Assembly (NCBI GenBank): GCA_023257255.1
Contig: JALRCR010000002.1
Location: 5,000-68,999, forward strand
DNA from: Gammaproteobacteria bacterium
GTDB lineage: Bacteria; Pseudomonadota; Gammaproteobacteria; Ga0077536
DNA: 64,000 nt
Direction: 5' to 3'
Within the stretch, counting starts at the first letter, position 1. Each line of letters opens with the position of its first letter. The notes below the pieces were generated by a model. That model was not told where the DNA came from. It saw only the letters and a program-made list of their open reading frames with translations, and made no database searches. Positions 42,784-51,893 of this stretch are shown piece by piece. A program made the translations under genes and the position numbers.

Positions 42784-43443
42784 ATGATGACCGACCGCAG
42801 TGGCATAGGCCTGACCTCGCAACGGGTCCGCGACCGGCTCGTGGCGCAACTGCGTGAGATGGGCATCAGCTCCGAAGTCGTCCTCGAGATCATCAGCACC
42901 ACGCCGCGCCACCTGTTTGTGGATGAGGCGCTGGCCAGCCGGGCCTACGAGAACAACGCCTTGCCGATAGGTTTCGGCCAAACCATTTCGCAACCCTATG
43001 TGGTTGCCGCCATGACCCAGCTGTTGCTCGAGACCGGCCCGCTGGAACGGGTGCTGGAAATCGGCGGTGGCTGTGGGTACCAGAGCGCGGTGCTGTCGCG
43101 TCTGGCCAGTCAGGTCTATACCGTCGAACGCATCGCCGCGCTGGCTAACCGCCTGCGCAGCCGCTTGCACGAACTGAAAATTGGCAACGTACGGGTGCGA
43201 CATGGCGACGGCCGTCTGGGCTGGAGCACGCACGCGCCGTTCGATGCCGTACTGGTGGCCGCCGCAGCGCCCGCCATCCCGCAGGCCCTGCTTGACCAAC
43301 TTGCCCCCGGCGGCAGGGCGGTCATGCCGGTAGGGCGTCAGGGCGAGCAAATCCTCACCCTGTTCAAGCGCACTGAGGCTGGTATCGAGGAAATCCCGCT
43401 GCAACGGGTGAGTTTCGTGCCCTTGCTTGAGAATGTGGACTGA
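42784..43443 (+). CDS. pcm: protein-L-isoaspartate O-methyltransferase
   Basis: 219 aa. 'LPIGFGQTISQPYVVA', 'VLEIGGGCGYQSAVL', 'APFDAVLVAAAAPAIP'. Confidence 0.95.
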   Translation: MMTDRSGIGLTSQRVRDRLVAQLREMGISSEVVLEIISTTPRHLFVDEALASRAYENNALPIGFGQTISQPYVVAAMTQLLLETGPLERVLEIGGGCGYQSAVLSRLASQVYTVERIAALANRLRSRLHELKIGNVRVRHGDGRLGWSTHAPFDAVLVAAAAPAIPQALLDQLAPGGRAVMPVGRQGEQILTLFKRTEAGIEEIPLQRVSFVPLLENVD

Positions 43444-43444
43444 G

Positions 43445-44443
43445 ATGCGCGCGGGGCGGCGGCAAAGCGGGGCGACGCTCTGGGTGCTGACGCTGGGCCT
43501 GCTGGGCGGCTGTGCGACGCAGGAGCTTGCGCCGATCGAGCAAAAAACGCCGCAAAGCCAGACCCCATCGCGCTCCCCGGCCAGCACGCTTCGGTCGGGA
43601 CCAACGACCGACCGGCCGCCAGCGGTGTATACCGTGGTCGCCGGCGACACGCTTTATGCCATCGCCTGGCGCTTCGGGCTTGATGCCCGCGACATCGGGC
43701 GCTGGAACCGGCTGGATGACTTCAACCGGATTATTGTCGGCCAGAAACTTAAGCTGCGCGGCGCGGAACCCGTGCCAGCGGCACGGCCACCGGAGCGCGA
43801 GTCCGCGCTTGCCAGCCCGCAACGTGGACCGACGCCATCGGTGCCCGGCATGCCCGGCACGATGCGCGCGCTGCCGCCGATTGAGCCGGCAAGCACCGCC
43901 GACAACAAGCCCACGGTGGCGCCCCTTGCGGTCGCGCCGCCGGTCGTGGCGGTCCCGCCAACGACGGCGCCGGCCATTGCCGCAGCGCCACCCGCAGCGG
44001 CCACAGAAAAGCCTGCGGTGCCTCCGCCCCCGCCCGCGGCGGAAGACGACAAGGCTGGCGCCGGGCGTGCGGCAGGTGGGCTGGTCTGGCGATGGCCCGC
44101 GAGCGGCAAGTCCCGGCCTACAGTTGCCGCGACTGGCGCCCAGGGCGTCGATATTCTGGCGGCGCGCGGTCAACCGGTGATGGCGGCAGCGGACGGTCAG
44201 GTCGTCTACAGCGGCAGCGGCCTCCGCGGCTATGGCCAGCTCATCATCATCAAGCACAACGATTCCTTTCTCAGCGCCTATGCGCACAACGACAAACTGC
44301 TGGTCAGCGAGGGCTCTAAGGTCAAGGCCGGCCAGCAGATCGCGCATATGGGAGACTCGGAAGCCGACGAAGTCATGCTCCATTTCGAGATTCGCAAGGG
44401 CGGCAAAGCCGTGGAGCCCTTGCAGTTCCTGCCTCCCCGCTAG
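43445..44443 (+). CDS. nlpD: murein hydrolase activator NlpD (LysM + M23 peptidase domain), lipoprotein
   Basis: Start at ATG 43445. Lipobox 'LLGGC'. LysM 'YTVVAGDTLYAIAWRFG'. M23 'GQLIIIKHNDSFLSAYAHNDKLLV...LHFEIRKGGKAVEP'. Confidence 0.9.
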   Translation: MRAGRRQSGATLWVLTLGLLGGCATQELAPIEQKTPQSQTPSRSPASTLRSGPTTDRPPAVYTVVAGDTLYAIAWRFGLDARDIGRWNRLDDFNRIIVGQKLKLRGAEPVPAARPPERESALASPQRGPTPSVPGMPGTMRALPPIEPASTADNKPTVAPLAVAPPVVAVPPTTAPAIAAAPPAAATEKPAVPPPPPAAEDDKAGAGRAAGGLVWRWPASGKSRPTVAATGAQGVDILAARGQPVMAAADGQVVYSGSGLRGYGQLIIIKHNDSFLSAYAHNDKLLVSEGSKVKAGQQIAHMGDSEADEVMLHFEIRKGGKAVEPLQFLPPR

Positions 44444-44461
44444 CGTCGAGGCCGCCGCCGC

Positions 44462-45478
44462 GTGAGTCCCTCTCGCGAGCCCCGCAGGTTAGCCTCAGAG
44501 CAGGGTGAACGGCGAGACGGCGGCGCAGAGGTTTCAGCGTTCGATGCGGATGGCGCGGGCGACGATGGGCGCTCCCTCACGTCAAGCGGCCAGCCGCTGA
44601 CGCGTCACGCTAGCGCTGGCGCGACGGATTTCCCGGAAGCCGAGCGTGACGTTACCCGGCTCTATCTCAGTCAAATCGGCTTTTCCCCGCTGCTAAGCGC
44701 GGCGGAGGAAGTGCACTTCGCGCGCCTTGCACAACAGGGCGATGCGGCTGGCCGACGGCGGATGATCGAGAGCAATCTGCGTCTGGTGGTGAAGATTGCA
44801 CGACGGTACATGAATCGCGGCCTGCCGCTGCTTGATTTAATCGAGGAGGGAAATCTTGGGCTGATTCATGCGGTAGAGAAGTTCGACCCGGAGCGCGGCT
44901 TTCGTTTTTCAACCTACGCGATCTGGTGGATCAGGCAAACGATTGAACGTGGTCTGATGAATCAGACGCGCACAATTCGCCTGCCTATCCACGTTGTGAA
45001 AGAAATCAACGTCTATCTCCGTGCGGCGCGCAAGCTGGCGCAGACGCTGGCGCGCGAACCGACGCCAGAAGACGTGGCCCGGTTGCTCGATCGACCGCTG
45101 GAAGAGGTCCAGCGCTTGCTGGGGCTAAACGAGCGCGTTTCATCGGCCGATCGACCGCGCGACGGCGAGTCTGATTGGACGCTGCTCGATACGATTCAAG
45201 ATGAGCAAAATATTGACCCCGCACGCCTGCTGCAGAGCGCCGACATGCAGCGTCATCTCGAACTATGGCTGGGGCAGTTGAGCGACAAGCAGCGCGCGGT
45301 GGTGCTGCGGCGTTTTGGCCTTGACGGGCGCGATGCGGCGACGCTGGAGGAGGTCGGGCAGGCGCTGGGGGTAACGCGCGAACGGGCGCGTCAAATCCAG
45401 GTCGAAGCCCTCCGTCGATTGCGGCTGATGCTAGAGCGAGAAGGGTTCTCGGGCGATGCTGTGTTCGACGACAGCTAG
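44462..45478 (+). CDS. rpoS: RNA polymerase sigma factor RpoS
   Basis: 338 aa, GTG start. 'TRLYLSQIG', '[16 protein letters not shown]', '[36 protein letters not shown]'. Positioned after nlpD. Confidence 0.9.
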   Translation: MSPSREPRRLASEQGERRDGGAEVSAFDADGAGDDGRSLTSSGQPLTRHASAGATDFPEAERDVTRLYLSQIGFSPLLSAAEEVHFARLAQQGDAAGRRRMIESNLRLVVKIARRYMNRGLPLLDLIEEGNLGLIHAVEKFDPERGFRFSTYAIWWIRQTIERGLMNQTRTIRLPIHVVKEINVYLRAARKLAQTLAREPTPEDVARLLDRPLEEVQRLLGLNERVSSADRPRDGESDWTLLDTIQDEQNIDPARLLQSADMQRHLELWLGQLSDKQRAVVLRRFGLDGRDAATLEEVGQALGVTRERARQIQVEALRRLRLMLEREGFSGDAVFDDS

Positions 45479-45861
45479 CCGGCTGGCGGCTCAAGCGCGA
45501 ATAATGCCGCCGCGACCGAGCGTGATTCGCTGACCAGCACGTTGTAGCAACGGCAGGCCGCGGGCGTCGCCATGACTTCGCAGCCGATGCCGCGGGCCAG
45601 TACGGCGGCAAGCAGCGCCGGGGCAGGGAAGATTTGGCGCTGACCAGTGCCGATTACCAGCAGGTCCGTACCGAGCGCGCAGAGCGCATCAAGGTGGCTG
45701 GTGGTGAGAAGCTCGCTGCGCTCGGGTAGGAGGTCGAGTAACAGTTGGTCGCCCGTAATCACCATCGAGCCGCGAACGCGCTGCTCGCCCACGGTGAATT
45801 CTCCCGGGCCATAGGAGCGTATGATGCGCGCGCCCGCGCCGAGATCGAGTTCGAATTTCAT
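45475..45861 (-). CDS. Mth938-like (DUF498) domain protein
   Basis: Start at ATG 45861. '[29 protein letters not shown]', '[14 protein letters not shown]', '[19 protein letters not shown]'. Confidence 0.7.
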   Translation of the reverse strand: MKFELDLGAGARIIRSYGPGEFTVGEQRVRGSMVITGDQLLLDLLPERSELLTTSHLDALCALGTDLLVIGTGQRQIFPAPALLAAVLARGIGCEVMATPAACRCYNVLVSESRSVAAALFALEPPAG

Positions 45862-45959
45862 GGCGCGCCGAGTTTGAGCCCCCGCACACGCCGGGGCAAG
45901 CGGCCGGACAGCAAGGCTGAGGGGCACACGATTTTTTTCAACTGTAGTGAGGCTGGGTT

Positions 45960-46607
45960 ATGAAAATAATTCTGTTGGGTGGTCCGGGTGCGGGCAAAGG
46001 CACGCAGGCAGATTTTATCTGCCGGGAACTGGGGATCCCGAAAATCTCGACCGGCGACATGTTGCGCGCGGCGGTTAAGGCGGGCACGCCGTTAGGCCAA
46101 CAGGCAAAGCAAATCATGGAATCGGGTGGGCTCGTTTCGGATGAACTCATCCTCAACCTGATCCGCGAACGGATTACGCATGACGACTGCGCGCGTGGTT
46201 TTCTGTTCGACGGATTTCCCCGCACCATTCCGCAAGCGGAAGGTCTGGACGCAATCGGGGTGGCCATCGATCGCGTGATCGAAATTGCGGTCGACGACGA
46301 AGAAATCGTACGTCGCATGTCAGGTCGTCGCGTACATCCGGCTTCGGGTCGCAGCTATCACATCGCCTTCAATCCGCCGCGGGTGCCCGATGTGGACGAC
46401 GAAACTGGCGAAGCGCTAGTGCAACGTGATGATGATCGCGAAGACACTGTGCGCAATCGCTTGCACGTTTATCACGAACAAACCGAGCCTTTGATCGACT
46501 TCTATTCGCGCCGCGCAATGGTCGATTCCAAGCTGCATTATCGACGTGTTGAAGGCGTGGGCAGCGTGGATGAAATTCGTGAACGCGTGATGAGTGCGCT
46601 GCGCTGA
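45960..46607 (+). CDS. adk: adenylate kinase
   Basis: 215 aa. '[17 protein letters not shown]', '[11 protein letters not shown]', '[13 protein letters not shown]'. Confidence 0.95.
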   Translation: MKIILLGGPGAGKGTQADFICRELGIPKISTGDMLRAAVKAGTPLGQQAKQIMESGGLVSDELILNLIRERITHDDCARGFLFDGFPRTIPQAEGLDAIGVAIDRVIEIAVDDEEIVRRMSGRRVHPASGRSYHIAFNPPRVPDVDDETGEALVQRDDDREDTVRNRLHVYHEQTEPLIDFYSRRAMVDSKLHYRRVEGVGSVDEIRERVMSALR

Positions 46608-46673
46608 TCGTGGGTGAACGCGTGTTAAAAGTTCGACAGCAAGCGCACTTGGCGAATTTTTTTATCGTATTGC

Positions 46674-46704
46674 TTTACACCTGATTAGCCGCTGCTGTAT
46701 ATAA
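46674..46704 (+). promoter_or_regulatory. putative sigma70-type promoter for the H1-like gene
   Basis: TTTACA (46674-46679), 18 nt, then TATATA (46698-46703), in a locally AT-rich intergenic stretch. Confidence 0.4.
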
Positions 46705-46757
46705 CGCGCGTGGTGTTGTATGTGTTTTTCAACCTGATGTTGAAGGGGGACTAGAAA

Positions 46758-47060
46758 ATGGCAACTGCGAAGAAAAAAGCGGTAACGAAAAAGGCTGCTG
46801 CGCCGGCCAAGGCGCCTGCCGCGAAGAAGGCACCGGCCAAGAAGGCCGTAGCCAAGAAGGCGCCGGCGAAGAAGGTTGTAGCCAAGAAGGTTGTCGCCAA
46901 GAAGGTCGTCGCCAAGAAGGCACCGGCCAAGAAGGCCGTAGCCAAGAAGGCGCCTGCCAAGAAAGCCGTAGCCAAGAAGGCGCCGGCGAAGAAGGCTGTT
47001 GCGAAGAAGGCCCCGGCTAAAAAGGCCGTCGCCAAGACCGCGCCCGCCAAAAAGAGCTAG
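46758..47060 (+). CDS. histone-H1-like Ala/Lys-repeat nucleoid protein (AlgP/BpH1-like)
   Basis: 100 aa made almost only of A, K, P and V, as reiterated '[10 protein letters not shown]' units. 'GGGGGA' lies upstream of the ATG. Confidence 0.75.
   Translation: MATAKKKAVTKKAAAPAKAPAAKKAPAKKAVAKKAPAKKVVAKKVVAKKVVAKKAPAKKAVAKKAPAKKAVAKKAPAKKAVAKKAPAKKAVAKTAPAKKS
46801..47044 (+). repeat. in-frame tandem 15/30-nt repeats encoding (A-K-K-A/V-P/V)n
   Basis: Repeated 'GCCAAGAAGGCNCCGGCNAAGAAGGCCGTA' units. Three consecutive 15-nt 'GCCAAGAAGGTYGTN' units lie at about 46880-46924. Confidence 0.85.
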
Positions 47061-47093
47061 TCGAGGTCCAATCCTCACTGTCTCTCCGCGATT

Positions 47094-47126
47094 GGTGTCT
47101 GTTTGTCACGCTGGCCAACAGACACC
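47094..47126 (+). terminator. 10-bp perfect hairpin downstream of the H1-like gene (no U-tract)
   Basis: GGTGTCTGTT (47094-47103), 13-nt loop, AACAGACACC (47117-47126). Confidence 0.35.
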
Positions 47127-47266
47127 ATCGTCCAACTCCTGCTCCCTGCCATTCCAGCGAACCCGGTCAAGTTTCTCTTCGGCCTCGGGTCCCGCCTCGA
47201 ACATGCTGGTTTACAGCGTAAAAAGCCGTCAAAAGCGACTCATCCCCTTCCGCATCAGGGTCTCCT

Positions 47267-49579
47267 GTGAGCGATACTGAAGAAGACGACCGTTCACTGT
47301 CTGCGGTGCTGGGCAGTTGGGCCTGGTTTCTGCTGCGGCATGTTGCGTTGTGGCTGATTCTTGCACTCATTGCCTATTGGGCATGGCTGGATCAAGACGT
47401 TGTCGCGCGTTTCACGCAAAGACAGTGGGCCTTGCCGGCGCGTATTTACGCCGCGCCGCTTGAACTGCGTGCGGGCATGAAGCTTGACCCGCAGCGACTT
47501 GCCCAGCAGTTGCTGGCAATCGGCTATCGACAGGTCGAGTCGGTCAACGGTCCGGGTCAATTCAGCCTTGGCGCGCAAAGCGTCACCTTGCAAAGTCGGG
47601 CGTTCCGCTTTCCAGACGGCGATGAGCCATCGCGAGATACCGTGCTGTATTTTGCCAAGGAGGGTGTGCGCACGATCGCCAATCGCGAGGGCGGCACGCC
47701 GGTCGAACTGGTGCGTCTCGACCCGCTGGAGATCGGCCGCTTTCACAGCGATTCGTTTGAAGATCGGGTGCCCTTGGCGCTGGCGGATCTGCCATCGTTT
47801 TTCGTCCAGGGGCTGTTTGCTGTTGAAGACCGTCGCTTTGCCAGCCACATCGGTATCGACTTCATGGGCATCGCGCGCGCCATGGTTGCCAATCTGCGAA
47901 GCGGCGGCATCTCACAGGGAGCCAGTACGCTGACCCAGCAGCTCGCCAAGAATTTGTTCTTGTCGCGCGAGCGCAGTTATACCCGCAAGCTGAAAGAAGC
48001 CCTGATCGCGCTGTCTTTGGAGCGTGCTTTCGGCAAGAAGGAAATCCTTGAGGCCTACGTCAACGAGGTGTTTCTGGGGCAGGACGGTAATCGCGCGATT
48101 CATGGTTTTGGCCTTGGTGCGCGTTTCTACTTTGGACGCCCGTTGGATGAGTTAGGCGTGCCCGAGCAGGCTTTGCTGATTGGGCTGATTCGCGGGCCGT
48201 CCCAATACAACCCGTTTCGCTACCCGGCGCGCGCATTGGAGCGCCGCAATGTGGTGCTGGGTCGCTTCCGCGACAGTGGTCTGATCGACGAAGCGGAATT
48301 CACCCGCTTCAGCGGCGCGCCGCTGTTGTTGCGCGAGGGGGCCTGGCGCGGTAGCGGGCGTTATGCCGGCTTTCTCGAACTCGTGGGTCGGCAGTTGAAG
48401 CGCGACTATCAGGAATCTGATTTGCAGACCGCAGGGCTGAAAGTATTCACCACGCTTGATGTCGACATGCAGCAGGCGGCCGAAGTGGCCGTGGAGAAAG
48501 TGCTGACCAGCATTGAGCGCGAGCGCCCGGCCCAGCGGGGTAAATTGCAGGCGGCGATGGTGGTGTCAGGAACGCGTAACGGGGAGGTCCGTGCGCTGGT
48601 CGGTGAGCGTTCGGGCATGCCTGGCGGCTTCAACCGGGCGCTGGATGCGAATCGCCAAATAGGCTCGCTGATGAAGCCTTTTGTCTATCTGACCGCGCTG
48701 GCTGATCCCGCGCGCTTCAATCTGGCGACGGTGCTTAAAGATGAAGCCCGCAGCTGGCGTGGTGCGGACGGCAAGGTCTGGTCACCCCAGAATTACGATC
48801 GCGAGTTTCATGGTCCGGTGCGTCTCGACTATGCCTTGTCGCATTCGCTTAATCTGGCCACGCTCGATCTGGGATTTCGGGTGGGCTTGGGTAAAGTCAC
48901 CAAAACCCTGCGGCAACTGGGCGTGACCTCGCCCTTGCCGAACTACCCCGCGTTCTTTCTCGGGGCAGTCGAAATGACGCCCTACGACCTTACTCAGCTT
49001 TATCAGGTGCTGGCCAATGACGGCTATCGCAGCCCGCTCCGTGCAATTCTTGCGGTAGTCGATGCGGAGGGCACACCGCTACAGCGCTACGCGCTCGAAG
49101 TAGAGCGCGTGGTTGATGCGCCTACGGCCTGGCTGACCCGCTATCTGATGACGCGAGTGGTGGAAACCGGTACCGCGCGCAGCCTTGCCAATGCCATGCC
49201 GGAGGCCTTGCCGTTGGCCGGCAAGACCGGTACGTCGGACGATGGGCGCGACAGCTGGTTTGCGGGTTTTGGCGGCAACAATCTGGGGGTAGTGTGGATA
49301 GGCCGCGACGACAATCGTCCCATCAAGCTGACCGGCGCCACCGGCGCACTCCGAATCTGGACCGAAGCCATGCGAAGCCATGGGATAGAGCCGGTGAACA
49401 TGGACCCGCCTCCGACCATCGAATGGCATCGGGTGTCGGCGGATGGCGCCGCGCTGGCGGATGAGGCCTGTCAGGATGCGATCAGCATTCCAATGAACAT
49501 CGAACACCTGCCGCCACCCGGGCCATCCTGTGGTGCGGCTGAAGGTAACTGGGACAAATTGCGGGGGCTTTGGCAGTGA
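47267..49579 (+). CDS. mrcB: penicillin-binding protein 1B (bifunctional glycosyltransferase/transpeptidase)
   Basis: 770 aa, GTG start. N-terminal TM, a UB2H-like insert, GT51 motifs 'AVEDRRFASHIGID' and 'GASTLTQQLAKN', and TP motifs 'SLMKPF', 'SLN', 'KTGT'. Confidence 0.9.
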   Translation: MSDTEEDDRSLSAVLGSWAWFLLRHVALWLILALIAYWAWLDQDVVARFTQRQWALPARIYAAPLELRAGMKLDPQRLAQQLLAIGYRQVESVNGPGQFSLGAQSVTLQSRAFRFPDGDEPSRDTVLYFAKEGVRTIANREGGTPVELVRLDPLEIGRFHSDSFEDRVPLALADLPSFFVQGLFAVEDRRFASHIGIDFMGIARAMVANLRSGGISQGASTLTQQLAKNLFLSRERSYTRKLKEALIALSLERAFGKKEILEAYVNEVFLGQDGNRAIHGFGLGARFYFGRPLDELGVPEQALLIGLIRGPSQYNPFRYPARALERRNVVLGRFRDSGLIDEAEFTRFSGAPLLLREGAWRGSGRYAGFLELVGRQLKRDYQESDLQTAGLKVFTTLDVDMQQAAEVAVEKVLTSIERERPAQRGKLQAAMVVSGTRNGEVRALVGERSGMPGGFNRALDANRQIGSLMKPFVYLTALADPARFNLATVLKDEARSWRGADGKVWSPQNYDREFHGPVRLDYALSHSLNLATLDLGFRVGLGKVTKTLRQLGVTSPLPNYPAFFLGAVEMTPYDLTQLYQVLANDGYRSPLRAILAVVDAEGTPLQRYALEVERVVDAPTAWLTRYLMTRVVETGTARSLANAMPEALPLAGKTGTSDDGRDSWFAGFGGNNLGVVWIGRDDNRPIKLTGATGALRIWTEAMRSHGIEPVNMDPPPTIEWHRVSADGAALADEACQDAISIPMNIEHLPPPGPSCGAAEGNWDKLRGLWQ

Positions 49580-50145
49580 CAAGAAACATCACAACGCTGG
49601 CGGTACTGGTGGTGTTGGCGGGCTGTGCGATGGGCCGGACGACGCCGGCGCCGATCGAAGAGCGCAGCCTGAAGCCCGTGACGCGCAAAGCAGCGCCTGT
49701 GGCGCCGAAAGTCCAACCCGCAGTGCCGCGCGACCCGCGGCTGCCGGTCGTCAATGCTTTGCCGGATCCTGAAAGTCCGCTGGAACGCGCGCGGCCGCTG
49801 ACCGCACCCGAACCGCTACCGGCGCTCGAGATCAAGCCGCTGGATCAATCGGCAGCCATTGCCAGACCACCGGCGGCCGCAAAACTCCTGGCCGATGCTG
49901 AAGTGGCGCTGCAAGCCGGGCGCCGCGCCGAGGCCAGAGCCAAGCTGGAGCGGGCGCTGGAAGTCTCACCCCGGGACGCCGAACTGTGGTTTCAACTGGC
50001 GAAAATCAGCGAAGCAGACGGCAACTGGAAGCAGGCCAAGGCGCTGGCCGAGCGCTCAAACTCGCTGGCCGCGACCGGGTCGCCCTTAGCCACTGCCAGC
50101 GCGGCATTGCGCGAGAAAGCAGCGGCCGCACTGACTGCGCGTTGA
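49576..50145 (+). CDS. TPR-containing lipoprotein, LpoP-like candidate PBP1B activator
   Basis: GTG 49576 overlaps the mrcB stop (GTGA); the alternative start is TTG 49570. Lipobox 'VLAGC'. A Pro/Ala-rich linker leads to a C-terminal TPR-like 'AEVALQAGRRAEARAKLERALEVSPRDAELWFQLAKISEADGNWKQA'. Confidence 0.6.
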   Translation: MTRNITTLAVLVVLAGCAMGRTTPAPIEERSLKPVTRKAAPVAPKVQPAVPRDPRLPVVNALPDPESPLERARPLTAPEPLPALEIKPLDQSAAIARPPAAAKLLADAEVALQAGRRAEARAKLERALEVSPRDAELWFQLAKISEADGNWKQAKALAERSNSLAATGSPLATASAALREKAAAALTAR

Positions 50146-50153
50146 GCGCAGGC

Positions 50154-50432
50154 TCAGGCGCCGCCTACATCCTTGCCGCGCAGGGCGTAGGCAAAGGCAA
50201 TGACCTCTGCCACCGCGACGTACAACTCCTGCGGGATGCGCTGCTCCAGATCGAGTTTGCTCAATACCGAAACCAGCGCGCGGTCTTCCCGCAGCGGCAC
50301 GCCGTTGGCGCTGGCAATTTCGATAATCCGATCGGCAATTTCGCCGCGCCCTTTGGCAGTGACGCGCGGCGCACCCTTGCCATCCCACTGGAGGCTGACC
50401 GCGATCGGTAGCGGGCGTGGTGTGTCGCTCAT
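50154..50432 (-). CDS. free-standing FlhB C-terminal (EscU/YscU/HrcU) domain protein
   Basis: 92 aa. 'AVSLQWDGKGAPRVTAKGRGEIADRIIEIASANGVPLREDRALVSVL...IPQELYVAVAEVIAFAY'. It begins just after the position where the NPTH autocleavage motif would lie. Confidence 0.75.
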   Translation of the reverse strand: MSDTPRPLPIAVSLQWDGKGAPRVTAKGRGEIADRIIEIASANGVPLREDRALVSVLSKLDLEQRIPQELYVAVAEVIAFAYALRGKDVGGA

Positions 50433-50433
50433 C

Positions 50434-51846
50434 TCAAACCTCGGTATCGATCAAGTGCTGACCGCCCTGATGCACGGTGCGCGGTGGCGCAAGTTCGCGT
50501 AGCACGCTAGGTGCGGCATCAAATCCCCTGGCGGCTAGCGCGGAATCGAGCTCGCCGATGTGGGCAAGAATCAATTCGCGCAGCGCCAGGGTGTCGCTCC
50601 AGGTGGTGATTGCGATGCGTTGGCCGGCGAGGCCGATGCGCGCACGAAGTTTGCCCAAGTCGCCAACGGGGACTTCTACCATCACGGCCAGCGCGGCTGC
50701 CGAGGACGTGCTTTGGGGGCGGCCTTCATCCTGCACTTCGATGTTCAGCGTCTGCAGGCCGTGAGCGGTTTTCACAGGCAACTCGAAACAGGCGAGCAGT
50801 GTCTGGTTCTGTGCCGCATTGGCCGTATCCAACTGATGCGTGGTGATGCGGGCCAGCGCGGCGTTGACGTCTTCCAGCAAGCTGCCCGGAGGCGCCAGGC
50901 CGGCGGAGCCGGGCTGTGTGCCCGGGGTCGGGTCACTGTCCGGCGCCGCGGGCGTCTGGGGGCCGGGTTCGCTTGCCCCGGACGCGGCAGGGATAGCGGA
51001 GGATGCCTGCGCGAGCATCGGCGCTGTTGACGCTACGGTAGCGATGAGGGCAGTGCCCGACTGCGCGGCGCGCGGCAGGGCAAGCGGCGAGGGCGCTGCA
51101 TCCTGCGGGCGCTGAGCCGCTGACGTCGTCGAGGGGAGTATGGGACGGCTGGTGGCAAGCAGCGCTTCACGCAGCGCAATCAACTTCAGTTTCAAGTCGC
51201 CGGTCGGCAGGCTGGCATCCGCATCGGTCATCCCTTTCATGCGGGCATCCTGCGCCAGCACAGCCTCACCAAGACGGCGCTCCAGACCGTTGCCAGCCTG
51301 TCTGACGGCGTTAGCCAAGGCAGTGGGCTGCGCCAACGCGCGCAAATCAGGCAGCGCCTTGAGCAGGCTATCAAGCTGGTTCACCACCTCCTTGCCCAGC
51401 ACCGCAAGGCCCGCCGGATTTGCGAGCTGTTGCGCCATCCGCGGTACCACCTCCGCCAGCGGCGCCTGTTGGGGCAGCGCGCGCCCGAGCGCCGCGTTGA
51501 CCACCGCAGGAGGTGATTCCCCGTCGGGCGGGGCTTGAATCATCAATTGAGTCTGGCTGCCGGCGGTCAGCACTTTGGCGGTCAGTTGCGTGCCCGCCGG
51601 TAAGTTCAGTGCTGTTTTCGCCACCAGCGGCTGCCCGTTAACGCTAAGTCGCAGGGTGGTGGCGTCGAGTTGTTCGATGACGCTGATGGACAGGAGTTGA
51701 CCTACGGCCCAACCCTGCGCCATTGCGACTTGCGCGCTTGCCGAAGGCGCCCGTGGGGCGGTGGTGGGCAGGGTCGAAAGATCGATACGCATGCAGGCCT
51801 GAGCGGCCGCGGCCGGCTTAACTTGACCCGATGGCTGCTGCCGCAC
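50434..51846 (-). CDS. FliK-like (flagellar hook-length control domain) protein
   Basis: 470-aa ORF; ATG 51792 ('MRIDLSTL') is an alternative start. Ala/Pro/Gln-rich centre. The C-terminal 'LLACFELPVKTAHGLQTLNIEVQDEG...RIAITTWSDT' resembles the Flg_hook domain. Confidence 0.55.
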   Translation of the reverse strand: MRQQPSGQVKPAAAAQACMRIDLSTLPTTAPRAPSASAQVAMAQGWAVGQLLSISVIEQLDATTLRLSVNGQPLVAKTALNLPAGTQLTAKVLTAGSQTQLMIQAPPDGESPPAVVNAALGRALPQQAPLAEVVPRMAQQLANPAGLAVLGKEVVNQLDSLLKALPDLRALAQPTALANAVRQAGNGLERRLGEAVLAQDARMKGMTDADASLPTGDLKLKLIALREALLATSRPILPSTTSAAQRPQDAAPSPLALPRAAQSGTALIATVASTAPMLAQASSAIPAASGASEPGPQTPAAPDSDPTPGTQPGSAGLAPPGSLLEDVNAALARITTHQLDTANAAQNQTLLACFELPVKTAHGLQTLNIEVQDEGRPQSTSSAAALAVMVEVPVGDLGKLRARIGLAGQRIAITTWSDTLALRELILAHIGELDSALAARGFDAAPSVLRELAPPRTVHQGGQHLIDTEV

Positions 51847-51893
51847 GGTGCTCCGGGTGTAAGGTAGGCGTTAGTTCGGGCGGAATTCCTTGT

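Noticed and set aside
43364-44383. 339-aa ORF on the minus strand
   Set aside because: It is antisense to nlpD and is an Arg-rich shadow ORF.
46801-47044. Possible CRISPR-like or satellite repeat array
   Set aside because: The repeats are 15/30 nt with no unique spacers, and they are in frame within a coding sequence. No cas genes are present.
46662-47078. Two minus-strand ORFs (138 aa and 99 aa) with striking LLG/RRL and FLATAF repeats
   Set aside because: They are mirror images of the Ala/Lys repeat gene on the plus strand. The plus-strand gene has the RBS, the promoter-like elements and a known protein class.
50154-51846. Edge of a flagellar gene cluster
   Set aside because: The neighbours are PBP1B/LpoP-like genes on one side and a pentapeptide protein, tRNA and rimP on the other. 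No other fli, flg or flh genes lie within 64 kb.
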